Source: an archaeon UBA583
Lineage (GTDB): Archaea; Nanobdellota; Nanobdellia; Woesearchaeales; UBA583
DNA length: 64,000 nucleotides
Reading direction: 5' to 3'
NCBI GenBank assembly: GCA_002506365.1
Contig: DAXK01000048.1
Span: 18,627-82,626, forward strand
In this document: one piece after another, positions 1 through 11,058 of the stretch
Layout of the letters: each line of letters opens with the position of its first letter
How positions within the stretch are numbered: the stretch's first letter is position 1
Program-made: the position numbers and the translations under genes
The notes under the pieces: model-generated
Told to the model about the DNA's origin: nothing
Seen by the model: only the letters and a program-made list of their open reading frames with translations
Database searches by the model: none

Positions 1-147
1 AACTATACTTAATTAGTTTAATTTTAATCACAATAACTTTCATAATTCAATTACTTTTAGGATTTTTTGAAATTATAAAATTATATGCTAACATCATAAC
101 AATAGGAGTTTTCATAATTCTACTTTATTTAACACAAAAAAAATAAA

Positions 148-429
148 ATGGCAAAACAAAAAAGAGATAGATTAGATTTGATATACGACATTCTAACTAA
201 TATTAGGAAATCAAATAATACTATTGGACCAACAAAACTTCAAAACAAATCTAATCTATCAAGTTTAATGTTTAAAGATTATATTGAAGAACTAGAACAA
301 ACAAAATTACTAGAAAAAATAGAAACTCCAAAATCCGCAAAATACACATTCACACTCACAAAAAAAGGAAATCAATTTTTAGATAAATATAAAGAAATGA
401 AAAGTTTTGTTGAGAGCTTTGGACTATAA
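148..429 (+). CDS. Archaeal winged helix-turn-helix transcriptional regulator
   Basis: 93 aa; pattern KRDRLDLIYDIL...PTKLQNKSNLS...YIEELE...FTLTKKG typical of small archaeal wHTH regulators. Confidence 0.75.
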   Translation: MAKQKRDRLDLIYDILTNIRKSNNTIGPTKLQNKSNLSSLMFKDYIEELEQTKLLEKIETPKSAKYTFTLTKKGNQFLDKYKEMKSFVESFGL

Positions 430-430
430 A

Positions 431-1273
431 ATGAAAAATAATAATGTTAATTTTTTTAAAATAATATTTTTAATTTTATTTTTAATATTTAGTTTCAACT
501 TATATACTCACTACAAAGAAATAAAACAAGAAAAATTTGCCTATGATAATTTACATAATTATTTTAAAGATATTGACAAATTACATCAAACATACATAAC
601 ATTTGATTACTGGGGGAAAATTTTATTTTTAGATAAAAATTTAACTAAAATAAATTCATTCAATTTAGGAATGGATACTCCAATGTATAAACTATGGGGA
701 GTAAATAAAATAAATGACGAACTATGGTTTGGATTTAGTTCTATTGTATATACTTGTAATATAGTTTATTGTGACAATGTTAAAACAAATAAAATTTTCA
801 TAATCAATACAAAAAATTCTTCCACATATAAACTAATTGAACTTCCAAATTTATATGGTCCTTATAAATTTTGTAATGACAATAATTTTGTTTATATGAC
901 ATCATATCAATCAGGTGGAGAATTCGGATATGCGAAAATAAATTTAAATAATTACTTAGTAATATTTAATGAATTAATTGGGGATTATAATATGGACCCA
1001 AGTCCCGAGATTTTTTGTAATATTAACAATTCAAATTACGTTCTAACTTCAGGTTCATTAGTTAAATTTAATAAAAATAGTTCTAATTTTGATTTAATAT
1101 ACAGGAGTAACGATGATAACATCCAATATAATTATTTCAATAACTCACTTTCAACTGATAATGAATATATTCATATAAGAGATTTATTTCTTAAAGAACA
1201 AAAATACATACAAAATATTTCAAAAAATAAAGATAATTCTCACACAGTTCAAAGTGTGATATACTTAGAATAA
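431..1273 (+). CDS. Hypothetical membrane-anchored/secreted protein, beta-rich
   Basis: ATG at 431 just after the upstream stop is more likely than TTG 407; N-terminal hydrophobic helix FFKIIFLILFLIFSF; no recognised motif. Confidence 0.5.
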   Translation: MKNNNVNFFKIIFLILFLIFSFNLYTHYKEIKQEKFAYDNLHNYFKDIDKLHQTYITFDYWGKILFLDKNLTKINSFNLGMDTPMYKLWGVNKINDELWFGFSSIVYTCNIVYCDNVKTNKIFIINTKNSSTYKLIELPNLYGPYKFCNDNNFVYMTSYQSGGEFGYAKINLNNYLVIFNELIGDYNMDPSPEIFCNINNSNYVLTSGSLVKFNKNSSNFDLIYRSNDDNIQYNYFNNSLSTDNEYIHIRDLFLKEQKYIQNISKNKDNSHTVQSVIYLE

Positions 1274-1288
1274 AAATAAATTAAAATT

Positions 1289-1915
1289 TTATTTTTTATT
1301 CTTTTTGCCTCTATTTAAAAAAGCAAAAATTCCTAGCGAAAACACAGCACCAAATGTATCAGCTAAAATATCTTTTTGAGCATCCCAAATATCTCCTTGT
1401 GAACCTAAAACTTCAAGACCTGCTGTAGGATCTCCCATAATCGCAAACTGCCACTCAAACAATTCATAAAATCCAGCAACTGAAATAATAAAAAATAAGG
1501 GGAATAAATATAATATCCAATTAGAATTAACTAATTTTTTTTTACTTAATAACTCAGCGCAAGCAAAAGCGTAAAACCCAACAGAAAAATGAGCAACTCT
1601 ATCATACATATTTCTCTCAAAACCTAAAGCATTCCACAATCCAAAATCAGGAACTCTAGCAAAAGTATAATGCCCGCCAACTGTATGCATAAAAATCAAA
1701 ATTGACATTAAAATATATGCCGTATTTGAAAACTGAAATTTTTTATATGTTAAAACAAGACCTAAAACAATCAACATAATTGGAATATTCTCCGCTAACC
1801 AAATTTCACGCCCATAAGGATTAATTCCCAAAATTGTAAATATAATAATATACAAAATTAACAAATAATGAGGTAACTTAAGTTCTTTAATAAATTTTAA
1901 TAAATTCATAATCAT
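1289..1915 (-). CDS. DUF2238/YjdF-type inner membrane protein
   Basis: Motifs WLAEN, HTVGGHYTFARVP, RNMYDRVAHF, YELFEW, LGSQGDIWDAQKD. Confidence 0.85.
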   Translation of the reverse strand: MIMNLLKFIKELKLPHYLLILYIIIFTILGINPYGREIWLAENIPIMLIVLGLVLTYKKFQFSNTAYILMSILIFMHTVGGHYTFARVPDFGLWNALGFERNMYDRVAHFSVGFYAFACAELLSKKKLVNSNWILYLFPLFFIISVAGFYELFEWQFAIMGDPTAGLEVLGSQGDIWDAQKDILADTFGAVFSLGIFAFLNRGKKNKK

Positions 1916-2026
1916 AATATAATTATCATAATTATAAATAATTGTATTCTAGAAATAAAACTATGTGAAATTTTTAATTTCACATCGGTTTAGAAATCAA
2001 AGATTTCTTGAAATAATCATTAAAAA

Positions 2027-2647
2027 TTATTGGTTAATAATTTTTAAAAATCTTTCAGAAACTTTATCCCAATTAATGATTGAAAAAAATTCATCAATAT
2101 GTGCTGGTCTCTTATTTTGATAATCAATATAATAAGCATGTTCCCAAACATCAATAACTAAAATAGGTTCCTCCTTATTTACACATACATCCATCATAAA
2201 ATTATCTTGATTAGCAGTATTATAAATAACTAATTTCCCATTTGAATCAACTGCAAGCCAAGTCCAACCTGAACCAAAAACTGCTGCTGCTTTTTGTGAA
2301 AACTCATCCTTAAATTTATCAAAACTTCCAAAAGAATCAACAATTGCCTTATGCATCTCAGGCAACTCTGAAGGTCCTGAACACTTAGGTGCCATAGACT
2401 CCCAATAAAATTGGTGATTCCAAAATCCTCCTCCCATATTTCTAATTGCTGGCTTATCAGCAACATTTGCAAAAATTTCTCTAAAATCTTCTGACTCAAT
2501 TTGAGCAGCTTCAAGTGCCCCATTAAACTTATCACAATAAGTTTGGTGGTGTTTGTCGTGGTGAACCTTTAACGTTTCCTCTGAAATGTGAGGTGCTAAA
2601 GCATCATAACTATAAGGTAAATCTTTTAAATTAAATTTAGTAGCCAT
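2027..2647 (-). CDS. sod: Fe/Mn superoxide dismutase
   Basis: LPYSYDALAPHIS, HHDKHH, NHQFYW, FGSGWTWL, DVWEHAYY signature. Confidence 0.97.
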   Translation of the reverse strand: MATKFNLKDLPYSYDALAPHISEETLKVHHDKHHQTYCDKFNGALEAAQIESEDFREIFANVADKPAIRNMGGGFWNHQFYWESMAPKCSGPSELPEMHKAIVDSFGSFDKFKDEFSQKAAAVFGSGWTWLAVDSNGKLVIYNTANQDNFMMDVCVNKEEPILVIDVWEHAYYIDYQNKRPAHIDEFFSIINWDKVSERFLKIINQ

Positions 2648-2717
2648 ACTCTATAAAATATTAAAGAATATATAAATCTACTTTGTATACTCACAAAACA
2701 AATATTTTTTCACACAT

Positions 2718-3623
2718 TTACTTTAATAAATTTTCCATATTAATAGTAGAATCAAATTTTCCTTTATAATTTTTAAACTCATTATCCAAATCACTAATTA
2801 ACTTTATCATAACTCTATAACTTGTAAAATTATTAACTTTTTCATCTTTATTTTTAGAAAATAACTTTGAAATAAAACCTTGGTGATGATTTTTCAAATT
2901 ATCAGTTAATAACTTCATAGACCCCATATAATTATTATAATTTTTAATTGGAAATGTATCCAAATCAATATTCACCTTAGTCCAATTTTCCACATCATCA
3001 TCTTCATCCTCATTATAAACTCCTAAACCATAATAAGTTTGTTTATTAAAATCAATATGTTTTAATTTTTCTAAAATAATATCTTGTAACTCTACATAAA
3101 AATACTTTTTTAACAACCAATCATTACAAGATAACAAAACTCTATTCCCATAAGGAGCAGCCTTAAATACACCAACAAATTTCCCTTGGAAAAATATTAA
3201 AATTCCTTTTCTATAATCGGAACTTTCCTTATTTAAAATTCTAAAAAAATACTCAGGAGTATCTGGACAATTACCCTCCTTTTTTTCATATTTAGAATAA
3301 ATATTTTCTTGATTTAATAACTCAACATTTGCTTGATTATTTTTTAAAAATGTTTTATTTCTAATAGAAAATTTAATTTTATTATTTTTAAAATAATTAC
3401 AAATCATCTGGAAATAAATTCTATCTCGACTCTCCACATAATCATTCATATAATACACATAAAATACTACATCATCTAAAGAATTAAACTCAACCCTTAT
3501 TATTTCATAATCATTATAACTTAAAATACACTTATTAATTCCTGACTTTTCAAAATATAAAGGTTTTGAAAAATAATCTTTCAACTCATTAACATACTTT
3601 AAATAATCTTCAAACCTATTCAT
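2718..3623 (-). CDS. Hypothetical protein, paralog of 3620..4483
   Basis: Shares SGIN..., GxC...FFxIL..., GxLxxxxxxxVGxxK and WxxxN blocks with the neighbour; ATGA overlap. Confidence 0.6.
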   Translation of the reverse strand: MNRFEDYLKYVNELKDYFSKPLYFEKSGINKCILSYNDYEIIRVEFNSLDDVVFYVYYMNDYVESRDRIYFQMICNYFKNNKIKFSIRNKTFLKNNQANVELLNQENIYSKYEKKEGNCPDTPEYFFRILNKESSDYRKGILIFFQGKFVGVFKAAPYGNRVLLSCNDWLLKKYFYVELQDIILEKLKHIDFNKQTYYGLGVYNEDEDDDVENWTKVNIDLDTFPIKNYNNYMGSMKLLTDNLKNHHQGFISKLFSKNKDEKVNNFTSYRVMIKLISDLDNEFKNYKGKFDSTINMENLLK

Positions 3624-4483
3624 TTTAAATTCCCTAACTTAATCTCATAATCAAAATTCCCATTAAAACTCTTTTCAGACTCATAAACACACTTAATTAA
3701 ATTAAGCAACTTTTTATAAATCGAAATTTTAGTTTTTCCAGATTTAAACTTAAATATCTTTAAATAACTTCTAGAATTTTGTAAATCCATCTCAGAAAAC
3801 TCAGATAACTTCATAATTTCCTCAAAATTATGTAAATACCTACTTCTCTCCATTGGATCAAAATTTATTGGTAAAGAATTTCCAATAAAATTTATTCTTA
3901 TCCAATCCTTTTTTTCATCCTTAACTTTATCAACATTTTTAATAATATCTCCAACTAATTTTTTATTTAAACTATAAACAGCTAACTTTTCATTTCTACT
4001 ATCTCCAAAAGACAAAAGTAACGGATTATTAACAATCTTTAATAATCCAACCAACTCTGAATTTAAATAAACTAAAACACCTCTCTGAGCATAATACCCA
4101 TTTCTACTCAAAATATTAAAAAAATCATACGCTGACTGCTTACACTTTCCATAACTTTCCTTATTTGACTCAACCAAATACCTATCATCAGCCTCAACAT
4201 CCTTTGCTAATTTATTTGCTCTATTCATATAATTATTCTTAACAAAAACTTCACACCCAAACTCCCTAATTAAATTAAAAATAACTCTAAAATACTCCTT
4301 ATGGATACTCTCATCATACTTAAACGTAAACTCCAAATTATTACTATTAGAATAAAATTTTAAAATTCTATCATCATTATAAAAAAATTCAATAGAATTA
4401 ATTCCAGACATTAACTTAATTGGACTAGACAACCTACTATCTAAAAACTTCAACAACTCAAACTTTTTAACATCATCAATCAT
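3620..4483 (-). CDS. Hypothetical protein, paralog of 2718..3623
   Basis: Same conserved blocks; ATGA overlaps on both sides. Confidence 0.6.
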   Translation of the reverse strand: MIDDVKKFELLKFLDSRLSSPIKLMSGINSIEFFYNDDRILKFYSNSNNLEFTFKYDESIHKEYFRVIFNLIREFGCEVFVKNNYMNRANKLAKDVEADDRYLVESNKESYGKCKQSAYDFFNILSRNGYYAQRGVLVYLNSELVGLLKIVNNPLLLSFGDSRNEKLAVYSLNKKLVGDIIKNVDKVKDEKKDWIRINFIGNSLPINFDPMERSRYLHNFEEIMKLSEFSEMDLQNSRSYLKIFKFKSGKTKISIYKKLLNLIKCVYESEKSFNGNFDYEIKLGNLK

Positions 4484-5478
4484 TTTAATTCCTCCAACTT
4501 AACTTTTTCAACACTCTTTAACATTTTATTCTCAAGTTCAATAACAGCATCTAACATTGCTCTCATAATTTTTGTAAAATTTCCATTATTTCTATCTTTT
4601 CTACTAAACAAAGTTCCAAACATAGAATTATTAACTAATGTATTCGCCCTATCAAAATAAATACCATTTAACTTCACATAATCATTAAAAAATTCATTTC
4701 TCCTAGACATCCCAAAACTCTCTGAAACAATAGGAATTGAAAAATAATAATCATGCTCCTGATAATTTCCATCACAAAAATGAATAATATTTGCCCCAAT
4801 TCCCGACACAAATAAATAATCATCCTTCTTATAAGGTAAATAATTAACATTTGAAAATAAATCATTAATATAATTTGGATACTCATTAACTTCTCTAGAA
4901 ACAATTGACAAATTATCAAAACACTTTGAATATCCATTATTAATATACCAATCTAAAATATAATACATAATTGTAAACTCAAAATAATCAACCTGAACTC
5001 CTCTAACTGTAGAATTTCTAAAATACAAAACTAAAGACCTACCAGAAATCTTAAACTTATAATTCTCAAACATTTTTTGAATTTTATCTCCAAACCTATT
5101 TTCTGATATTTCTTTTTCCTGTAAAAAATTAACTTTTTTAATATTTAAATCTCGAATAAACTTTGGAATTGGTTCAATAAAATCTAACTTAATATCTTTA
5201 GAATAAATATCACACAAAGCTCTAAACTTCTCAGGATAACTCATAGAACTAAAATCAAAATTACTTGAATTAAAAATGTTTAAAATTTGGACTCTTAATT
5301 TTTTAATATCTAAATAATTACAAAAAAAAAATTGAAAATCCGAAACATCATCTCTTGGTATTTTTAAAAAATAATTAAGAATATAACAATTTCTATAAAT
5401 TCTATCTTTTTCAAAAATAACTCTATCGGATTTATTTAATTCTAACTTTAAATTTTCATACCGAAAATCCTTAACCAT
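4480..5478 (-). CDS. Hypothetical protein, first gene of a three-gene coupled operon
   Basis: 332 aa ORF with an upstream TATA box; C-terminus weakly resembles the two downstream paralogs. Confidence 0.55.
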   Translation of the reverse strand: MVKDFRYENLKLELNKSDRVIFEKDRIYRNCYILNYFLKIPRDDVSDFQFFFCNYLDIKKLRVQILNIFNSSNFDFSSMSYPEKFRALCDIYSKDIKLDFIEPIPKFIRDLNIKKVNFLQEKEISENRFGDKIQKMFENYKFKISGRSLVLYFRNSTVRGVQVDYFEFTIMYYILDWYINNGYSKCFDNLSIVSREVNEYPNYINDLFSNVNYLPYKKDDYLFVSGIGANIIHFCDGNYQEHDYYFSIPIVSESFGMSRRNEFFNDYVKLNGIYFDRANTLVNNSMFGTLFSRKDRNNGNFTKIMRAMLDAVIELENKMLKSVEKVKLEELK

Positions 5479-5569
5479 AAAATAAATTTAATAAAAATAA
5501 TATATAAATACTTGTAATCTTAAATTTAGAAATAAAAAATAAAATAAATAAATTTCAATAAAAATTTAT

Positions 5570-8008
5570 TTACTCTTCAACAACAGACTCTTCACAAGGA
5601 ATCTTCTCAACAGATAAAATTTCATCATCTTCATCTAAATTCACAACCTTCACACCCTTAGTATTTCTACCAATAATTCTAAAGTCAGACACAGGCGTTC
5701 TCACAACCTTCTTTTTAGTAATAATAAATAAATCATCCTCTTCACCAACAGCATTCATTCTAACAACTTCACCATTTCTATCATCAGTCTTAATATCTAA
5801 AACTCCACGACCAGCTCTCTTAATAGTTGAATACTCACTTAATAAAGTTCTCTTTCCAAATCCTTTCTTAGTAACAGTTAATAATGTTTTACCAGGTTCA
5901 GCTAACTCAATTCCAACAACCTCTTCACCATCACGTAAATTCATTGCCTTCACTCCTCTAGCAGTTCTACCAAGCATAGATAAATCACTTTGCTTAAATC
6001 TAATACTCATACCAACATTAGACTCACAAACAATATCAGCCTCAGAATGTGTATAAATCACAGATAAAACAGTATCTCCTTCATCTAAATTAATTGCCTT
6101 AATTCCACCATTTCTAGGTTTTGAAAAATTACTCATTTCAGTCTTCTTAATAATTCCCTTCTTAGTTAAAAAGATTAAATGACCAGTAGTTAAATCAGAA
6201 ACATTCAAAATATTTGTAATCTTCTTACCTTTCAAATCAATATAATTAACAATAGGTCTTCCCTTTGTAGTAGCTTTCGCAGTTGGAATCTCATAAGCTT
6301 TCATCCAATTAATATTCCCATCTGATGTAAAAATTAAAACAGAATCTCTTGAATTAGACACAAATAAATTCTTAATCATATCTTCATCCTTAAAATTCGC
6401 ATTAACTCCCTTTCCACCTCTCTTTTGAGTTCTATACTCTTCGATTGGAACTTTCTTAATATAATCATTTTGAGTAACCATAACTGCAAAATCTTCATCC
6501 TTAATTAAATCTTCAATCGCCATAGTCCCCTCATCAGAAATAATCTTAGTTCTTCTCTCATCATCAAACTGCTCACGAATCTCAGTTAACTCAGATCTTA
6601 CAATCTTTAATTGTTCAGACTTATTATCTAAAATAAATTGTAAACCAGAAATAATATCAACAATATTATTATATTCTTCACGAATCTTATCAGTCTCTAA
6701 ACCAGTTAATTTTTGTAACTTCATATCTAAAATTCCTTGAGATTGAATATCTGATAATTTATATCTACTAATTAATTCTTCCTTCGCTTCTGCTCCTGAC
6801 TTTGAAGCTTTAATTAAAGCAATCACATCATCAATATTATCTAAAGCAATAGTTAAACCTTCTAAAATATGTAACCTATCCTCAGACTTTTTCTTCTCAA
6901 AAATAGTTCTCTTAACAACAACCTCTTGACGAAAGTCAATAAAATTATGTAAATAAGATTTTAAATTTAAAATAGTTGGAACACCAGCAACAATTGCAAG
7001 TAATCTAGCATTAAAATTTGTCTTCAATGATGAATATTGATATAATTGATTTAATACAACATTTGGATCAGCATCCTTTTTAACTTCAATAACAATTCTA
7101 ATTCCATTTTTATTAGTTTCATTTCTAATATCTGAAATATCTTTAATCTTTCCACCCTTAACTAAATCAACAATTTGAGTAATTAATGTAGTAATATTTG
7201 TTTGATAAGGAACTTGTTCAATAATAATTGCTTCTCTATTTTTCTTAATTTCTTCAATAGAACATACAGCCTTCATTGTAACTGCACCTTCTCCATTAAT
7301 ATAAATATCTTGTAAACCTTTCCCTTGTAACATTGTAGCTCCAGTAGGGAAATCTGGTCCTTTAACATGACCCTTTCTAACTAATTCTTCAACAGATTGA
7401 TCAGGATTATCAACTAAATCTAAAGCAGCATCAACAACTTCCCCTAAATTATGAGGAGGAATATTTGTAGCCATACCAACAGCAATTCCAGAACTTCCAT
7501 TAACTAATAAAGTTGGAATCTTTGTAGGTAAAACACTAGGTTCAACAGTTTGTTCATCAAAATTTGGAACCATATCAACAGTTTCCTTATCAATATCGTG
7601 TAAAAACTTTTCAGTAAACTTAGTCATCTTAGCTTCAGTATAACGATAAGCCGCTGCACCATCACCTTCCATAGAACCAAAGTTACCTTGTCCATCAACA
7701 ATTGTATATCTCATATTCCATTTTTGAGCTAATCTTACCATAGCATCATAAACTGAACTATCACCGTGAGGGTGGTATTTTTTTAAAACTTCTCCCACAA
7801 CTCCGGCAGACTTAGAATATTTCTTTCCAGGTGTTAATCCTTCCTTAAACATTGCATAAATAATTCTTCTATGAACTGGTTTTAAACCATCACGAACTTC
7901 AGGTAAAGCACGACCTACAATTACACTCATAGCATATTGTAAATAAGAGTCTTTAAGTTCGGATTCAATATAAACATCTTTAGTTCTTAAACTTTGATTG
8001 TTATCCAT
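5570..8008 (-). CDS. gyrA: DNA gyrase subunit A
   Basis: YAMSVIVGRALP, HPHGDSSVYD, catalytic YRYTE, GIAVGMATNIPPHN, GyrA-box QKRGGKG, C-terminal pinwheel repeats. Confidence 0.98.
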   Translation of the reverse strand: MDNNQSLRTKDVYIESELKDSYLQYAMSVIVGRALPEVRDGLKPVHRRIIYAMFKEGLTPGKKYSKSAGVVGEVLKKYHPHGDSSVYDAMVRLAQKWNMRYTIVDGQGNFGSMEGDGAAAYRYTEAKMTKFTEKFLHDIDKETVDMVPNFDEQTVEPSVLPTKIPTLLVNGSSGIAVGMATNIPPHNLGEVVDAALDLVDNPDQSVEELVRKGHVKGPDFPTGATMLQGKGLQDIYINGEGAVTMKAVCSIEEIKKNREAIIIEQVPYQTNITTLITQIVDLVKGGKIKDISDIRNETNKNGIRIVIEVKKDADPNVVLNQLYQYSSLKTNFNARLLAIVAGVPTILNLKSYLHNFIDFRQEVVVKRTIFEKKKSEDRLHILEGLTIALDNIDDVIALIKASKSGAEAKEELISRYKLSDIQSQGILDMKLQKLTGLETDKIREEYNNIVDIISGLQFILDNKSEQLKIVRSELTEIREQFDDERRTKIISDEGTMAIEDLIKDEDFAVMVTQNDYIKKVPIEEYRTQKRGGKGVNANFKDEDMIKNLFVSNSRDSVLIFTSDGNINWMKAYEIPTAKATTKGRPIVNYIDLKGKKITNILNVSDLTTGHLIFLTKKGIIKKTEMSNFSKPRNGGIKAINLDEGDTVLSVIYTHSEADIVCESNVGMSIRFKQSDLSMLGRTARGVKAMNLRDGEEVVGIELAEPGKTLLTVTKKGFGKRTLLSEYSTIKRAGRGVLDIKTDDRNGEVVRMNAVGEEDDLFIITKKKVVRTPVSDFRIIGRNTKGVKVVNLDEDDEILSVEKIPCEESVVEE

Positions 8009-8217
8009 AATAATATCTACAAAAATACCCTATTAATGGTTTCGTTACCACTATATGAAAAACGCTAAAAAATCACAAAAAATCAATCCAAAAACAACCA
8101 AATTCTTAAATTTCCTAAAAATTAGCCAATATTTGACGACTTTTTCAAAAACTCACATCGATTTTAAGACGTCTTTTTGAAATTATTTCTAAAATTTAAA
8201 TATTTTCAATTTTTTTT

Positions 8218-8949
8218 TTATCTAGAAAAATCATCCAAATCACAAGTAAATTTTCCATTATTTCCTTTATAATAATAATCTAAAATTAAAACTCCATTTT
8301 GTCTCAAAAATTTAATTTCATTTGAAAACTTATACTTTTCACCACCCATTTCTTGATGAACATTCTCAAAATAATTTGGATACTCATTATCATAATTAAT
8401 TAAATCTTTATCAATATACTTTTTAATTTCTGACTTTCGAGACTCCCTTTTCTCTAAAGAATCATGAAAATTTAAAGTTCCTAAATAACTAGTAATAATT
8501 GTAAATTTATCCCTTTTAATTAAATCAGTAATTGTTGCTAAAATACATCTATTTCTAAACAAACCAACAACAAAAACATTTGAAATATCATTCTTACTTA
8601 ATTGCTCAAAAACTTCTGTGTCATACATCGCAGAATTAGATTTTTTACTAATATTAATTACTTTTGAAAAATTATTTTCCTCACTCAAAACTGATTTCCC
8701 AATTGTTTGTTTATTTGTAACATCAAAAAATAAAATTTCATTTTTTAAACATAATTCCTTAACCTTTCTTAAATAATTAATAAAACCACTTAATTTTTTA
8801 TTTTTCATAAACACATTTGAAAAAAATCCTCTTTGAACATCAACACAAATCACAGCAAATTTTTCATCCTTACTTTTAGAAAAATTATATATTTTTAAAA
8901 AATCATTAATTGCACGATTTTCACTAGAATACTTTTTCAAATCAGTCAT
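8218..8949 (-). CDS. Isochorismatase/cysteine hydrolase family protein
   Basis: Catalytic-triad-like motifs CVDVQRGF, KKSNSA, VVGLFRNRCI. Confidence 0.7.
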   Translation of the reverse strand: MTDLKKYSSENRAINDFLKIYNFSKSKDEKFAVICVDVQRGFFSNVFMKNKKLSGFINYLRKVKELCLKNEILFFDVTNKQTIGKSVLSEENNFSKVINISKKSNSAMYDTEVFEQLSKNDISNVFVVGLFRNRCILATITDLIKRDKFTIITSYLGTLNFHDSLEKRESRKSEIKKYIDKDLINYDNEYPNYFENVHQEMGGEKYKFSNEIKFLRQNGVLILDYYYKGNNGKFTCDLDDFSR

Positions 8950-9014
8950 AATAAAATATCTATTAAATTAATATTTTATAAATTTATTCAACAACTAACC
9001 TAAATATTTATTAT

Positions 9015-9428
9015 TTAATCTAAATAAATATGTTGATACACATCTGAAATTCTTTTATCTTTACACTCAACTTTAGAATCTAATAACAAATTTAATTTAT
9101 CATTTTTAGAAATATTCTCTAAAAACTCAATTCCATAACTTAAAACTCTTGTATCTTCTAATTTATAATTATTTAAGCCATCAGAACTTGTAATAAACTC
9201 ATTCCAATCATTAAATAAAACCTCACAATTTCTAATAATTACAAATAAACTCTCAGAAACATTTTGAACTAAACTTGATAACTTATTACCCATTTGTTCA
9301 AAAACTGTTTTCTCTAAACTATAATTTTCACAATCTAGTAAATCCTTAAAATCAATTTCATAAATATTATCATTAAAATTTTTATAACCTTTAGAACTTA
9401 CAACAAGAACTCTTTTTTTAGATGCCAT
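9015..9428 (-). CDS. Hypothetical protein
   Basis: 137 aa ORF with ATG and an upstream TATA-like box; no motif recognised. Confidence 0.45.
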   Translation of the reverse strand: MASKKRVLVVSSKGYKNFNDNIYEIDFKDLLDCENYSLEKTVFEQMGNKLSSLVQNVSESLFVIIRNCEVLFNDWNEFITSSDGLNNYKLEDTRVLSYGIEFLENISKNDKLNLLLDSKVECKDKRISDVYQHIYLD

Positions 9429-9587
9429 AGAATTGAATTTACGATTTATATTTAAAAATATTACATTGTAAATTTATCCCAAAATTAATTTTTTTTCACA
9501 TTATGAAACTTTTTTTTAAATATTTTTATTTTTTATTCACAAAATTGTTTTCCCAAATCTTATAAAAAACAATAAATTAATTAAATT

Positions 9588-10037
9588 ATGAATATCGCAG
9601 AACTAAGAGAAATTTTAACTAATTTTAAAATTGACCAAGATAAAATTAATGAATATCTACAAAATAAAGAAATTGTAGAACTAAATAACAATTTATACTT
9701 ATTACCACAAAATTATGATAAATTAAAAAACGAAATTTCAAATGATAATTTAATTTATATTCAACTAAAATATTTATCTCCAAGTATTTTATTATTAAAC
9801 TGGATTAAAAATAATACAAAAAATGTATTAAAAATTAAATCAGAAAAAAGAGCACTAGATTTTACTTATGGAAAAGATTTATTTCAAGACCTTGTAACAA
9901 AAAATTCAAAATGCGAATTTGAATTAAATAAATACTTTATTGTTGAATTTAATAATGAAATTTTAGGATATATTCAAGTAGCAGATAAAAAATTAAACAA
10001 TGAATTTCATGTTGGTGACTATCTTAAAGAAAATTAA
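9588..10037 (+). CDS. NIP7-like PUA-domain ribosome biogenesis protein
   Basis: C-terminal DFTYGKDL...EILGY...VGDYLKE pattern of archaeal NIP7/UPF0113 proteins. Confidence 0.65.
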   Translation: MNIAELREILTNFKIDQDKINEYLQNKEIVELNNNLYLLPQNYDKLKNEISNDNLIYIQLKYLSPSILLLNWIKNNTKNVLKIKSEKRALDFTYGKDLFQDLVTKNSKCEFELNKYFIVEFNNEILGYIQVADKKLNNEFHVGDYLKEN

Positions 10038-10125
10038 ATTATATATAATTTTAAATAATTCAACTTCAAAGATACTCCAAAATTAGACACTTTAGATTTA
10101 AATAAATATTTCAATTCAACAATTT

Positions 10126-11058
10126 ATGACAGAATTTTCAAATCTTAAAACTTTAAGGTCATTTGACGAAAACTCTCTCCCAGACTTAGATGTTGTAACT
10201 TTGGGAGCTCTTGAATTATTTCAAGAAAACAAACCAGAATCCTTAGATTTCTCAAAACATTCTAGACCATTAGTTGTTGGAAGTGGGAATGCAATTTCTA
10301 CAGCAAAAATTTTATTTGAAAATACAAATGCTATTTACGCAAACGAATCAGACTATAAAGAAAAATTAAATTTAGATATTGACTCAGTTTACATATTTTC
10401 AGCTAGTGGTGGAAAGCACGCACCAATTTTAGCGAAAGCAGCTAAAGAAAAAAACCTTGAAACATTTTTAATAACTTGTTCAAATAATTCTCAAGCAGAA
10501 CAAATTGTAGGAAAAGAAAATACAATTGTAACACAAAAAAATAGAGAACCATATACATATAACACTTCAACTTACTTAGGTTGGATTTTAGCAAAAACAA
10601 AAGAAGATCCAAAAGAAATTTATGATTTTATTGAAACAAAAATTAAACCTCAAATTCCTCATAATTTTATTCACTATACTGGATATTTATTAGTAACTCC
10701 AGATAAATTTGTAAACTTAAATCCATTATTTGAAGTTAAATTTATTGAATTGTTTGGAAGAAAAATAGCAAGAGATGTAAAATCAGCTGAAGAACTAAAA
10801 CACGCAGTAACAGTTGTGCCAAGTAACACTGAATTATGTATTAACTTTACTGGAAAAGAAGTTGACTTTGTAGGAGATGTATTAAACATTGAAATTCCAG
10901 AAAATTTTGGACACGGTGCAATGATGGCAATTACATATTATATAATTGGATACATTCAAAAACAAAACCAACCATACTTTAAAGAAAATATAAAAGAATA
11001 TATCCAAAGAAACGCCAAAGGAGATTTCGGAAAAGCAATCAGTACGATTGTAGAATAG
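10126..11058 (+). CDS. SIS-domain sugar-phosphate isomerase-like protein
   Basis: VVGSGNA, FSASGG, second-domain KFIELF and EELKH motifs of the tandem SIS fold. Confidence 0.6.
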   Translation: MTEFSNLKTLRSFDENSLPDLDVVTLGALELFQENKPESLDFSKHSRPLVVGSGNAISTAKILFENTNAIYANESDYKEKLNLDIDSVYIFSASGGKHAPILAKAAKEKNLETFLITCSNNSQAEQIVGKENTIVTQKNREPYTYNTSTYLGWILAKTKEDPKEIYDFIETKIKPQIPHNFIHYTGYLLVTPDKFVNLNPLFEVKFIELFGRKIARDVKSAEELKHAVTVVPSNTELCINFTGKEVDFVGDVLNIEIPENFGHGAMMAITYYIIGYIQKQNQPYFKENIKEYIQRNAKGDFGKAISTIVE

